64,000 bases of DNA from a virus. Its lineage: Duplodnaviria > Caudoviricetes. The stretch lies in the IMG/VR virus record IMGVR_UViG_3300031998_000077, positions 1,359 to 65,358 of that record; one strand, 5' to 3'. A program made the position numbers and the translations under genes. Below are positions 62,425 through 64,000 of this stretch, piece by piece. Position 1 is the stretch's first letter; the number at the start of each line of letters is the position of its first letter. The notes beneath the pieces were generated by a model. It ran no database searches and had not been told where the DNA came from. It was given only the letters and a program-made list of their open reading frames with translations.

Positions 62425-63492
62425 TCAACCGTGTTTGAATGCCTTGTTGCGGAACGACACCACCTTGATCTTGCCGAAATCGTACTCCGGCAACCGCCCG
62501 TAGAACAGGATGGTCTTCGGATGGATGCGGGACAGGCAATCGCCAAGCTGTTTCAGATACCGTTCCCGCTCTTCGATGTTCGCCGCCATGCCGACGCTGG
62601 AAATGCTTACCGTCCCGCCGTTCGGAACGCCGCAGAAACAGTAGTCGTAGCTGGTTTCCTCTTGCCAAAGGATTGTCGGGATGACGCGCAACCCCATTTC
62701 TTGCATCTTCCACCCGATAAGCTGGGAACGGTACACGTTCCACAGACACATCGCCTCCGGCATGTCTTCATAGAGCGAAAAATCCGGGGTGAAAACGCAA
62801 TCGAATCGGCTCAATTTCTCGATGTAGAAATCCGGCTGGTTCCATATCCGCTCGAATCTGTAATCGTCGATGTAAAAGTGTACGCCCGCGTCGTAATCCG
62901 TCGAACTCATCGCCTCGTTGAAGTCGATAATGTGCGTCGGGATATGACTGCAAGGACGCAGACGCGGGATGTTCCACGGCTTGACTAAATCCGCCTCCGG
63001 TATGTCTTTGTAAATCTCTAAATTATAGGCGTTATTTGTTCTCAATCGCTCTTCGCCGTAACAGGAATTATCGTCTTTTTCCGTTTCGTCGTTTCCTGTT
63101 ACGTCTTCCCCGTCGATTGACAGCTCCACAGGCTCGAAACCGAACTCTTCCATGTTGAAAACGTCCGACAGGTCGGCCAGCTCGATTCTCAATAGCTGTT
63201 CGTTCCATGTGGACTTTTCCGCCACCTTGTTGTCGGCCAGCCTGTACGCCTTGATTTGCTCCGGGGTCATATCGTCGGCCACATTGACCGTTACCCGGTG
63301 AAATCCAAGCCGTTTCAATGCCGCAAACCGGGTATGACCGCAGACGATCACATACTCCGAATCAACCAAGATCAGGTTCCGGTAGCCGAAACGCCGGATG
63401 CTCGCCGCACACGCCGCCACTGCCCCCTTGTTGTTGCGCGGGTTGCCGGGATATGGCCGGATTTGCGCTATATCGACCTCTTCCGTTCGCAT
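62425..63492 (-). CDS. ParB N-terminal + DUF4417 protein
   Basis: PYPGNPR...CGHTR ParB; GVHFYIDDYRFERIW, TPDFSLY, WNVYRS. Confidence 0.88.
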   Translation of the reverse strand: MRTEEVDIAQIRPYPGNPRNNKGAVAACAASIRRFGYRNLILVDSEYVIVCGHTRFAALKRLGFHRVTVNVADDMTPEQIKAYRLADNKVAEKSTWNEQLLRIELADLSDVFNMEEFGFEPVELSIDGEDVTGNDETEKDDNSCYGEERLRTNNAYNLEIYKDIPEADLVKPWNIPRLRPCSHIPTHIIDFNEAMSSTDYDAGVHFYIDDYRFERIWNQPDFYIEKLSRFDCVFTPDFSLYEDMPEAMCLWNVYRSQLIGWKMQEMGLRVIPTILWQEETSYDYCFCGVPNGGTVSISSVGMAANIEERERYLKQLGDCLSRIHPKTILFYGRLPEYDFGKIKVVSFRNKAFKHG

Positions 63493-63512
63493 TTATCTCT
63501 CCCGTGCCGCAG

Positions 63513-63989
63513 TCAAGGCTTTGCTTTGTTGACCGTGGGTTTCTCGATGATGATGTTCAGCGGCGGCGGCTGTTTCAATTCGCCGGAAACCTCGTTCTCC
63601 ACCTTCTCCGTGAATCCGCGATCTTTCGCCAGCGTCTTCAAGGCAAACATTACCGCGTCCAAATGGCGCGGGTGCTTCGGGTCATTGATGACGCGAATCA
63701 ATGCGCTTTCCGCAACGTCCTTGACCGTCTCCTTTGCGCCGTGAAACGCCTCTGCCGCTTCCGGGCAATCCTTGATGTACCTTTCCGCCGTGTGCCATCC
63801 TACCCCCAGCATCGCGCATACCGCGCTGATGATGCCGTTTGACCGCTTGCAACATTCCACCAGTTGCTCTTTGCTGATCGTCCGCTTCGTCGCGTGGGTG
63901 CGCTTGCGCTTGTCTGCGCCCGCGCCTGTCTCGCCGTTTTCGCCGAGCCGCCGCGCCGCCCCCTTGCCGCTGTTCCTCTTGTTTGCCAT
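63513..63989 (-). CDS. terS: terminase small subunit
   Basis: HTH (GIISAVCAMLGVGWHT), AESAL, AVMFALKT..KDRGF; upstream of terL. Confidence 0.8.
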   Translation of the reverse strand: MANKRNSGKGAARRLGENGETGAGADKRKRTHATKRTISKEQLVECCKRSNGIISAVCAMLGVGWHTAERYIKDCPEAAEAFHGAKETVKDVAESALIRVINDPKHPRHLDAVMFALKTLAKDRGFTEKVENEVSGELKQPPPLNIIIEKPTVNKAKP

Positions 63990-64000
63990 GTTGAACCTGA

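Noticed and set aside
1-64000. CRISPR array
   Set aside because: No regularly spaced direct repeats with unique spacers; the repeats found are paired elements or hairpin-RBS copies
1-64000. IS element or transposase; host chromosomal flank; terminal repeats
   Set aside because: No DDE/HUH transposase motifs, no housekeeping genes, and no end-to-end repeat visible within the window

Overview
The whole 64 kb window is one temperate tailed (siphovirus-like) phage genome with no host genes. The host may be a Lentisphaerae/PVC-type anaerobe; this is a weak inference from the SSGG-repeat protein and heptosyltransferase. Most genes lie on the - strand. (1) An early/middle operon (25.2->5.9 kb) holds Cro-like and Xis-like genes, recombination and replication genes, about 35 small genes from three paralogous families, an RlmN-like radical SAM enzyme, Gp37/68, thyX, dut, ssb and a triple-HTH regulator. 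(2) A lysogeny block on the + strand holds CI-like, a Zn-ribbon membrane protein, an attP-like gap and a tyrosine integrase. (3) A morphogenesis region with shuffled gene order (64->28.5 kb) runs terS, ParB-DUF4417, JAB-like, novel CCA-ended RNA, tRNA-Gln, terL, tape measure, AIDA-repeat protein, portal, head protein, a DGR (target/VR, TR, RT; 8/8 mismatches at TR adenines), holin-like, patatin, scaffold, capsid, an Aah/TibC-like heptosyltransferase-methyltransferase fusion and tail genes. Three self-contained + strand cassettes of small genes interrupt this layout, each with a near-identical promoter. The strongest novel candidates are a phage-encoded protein O-glycosylation pair (Aah/TibC-like enzyme plus AIDA-repeat substrate), an 82-nt CCA-ended structured RNA, twin -GG-ended peptides linked to a PP-loop/ParB pair, and an avd-less DGR. 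All family calls come from motif recognition by eye; no database searches were run.
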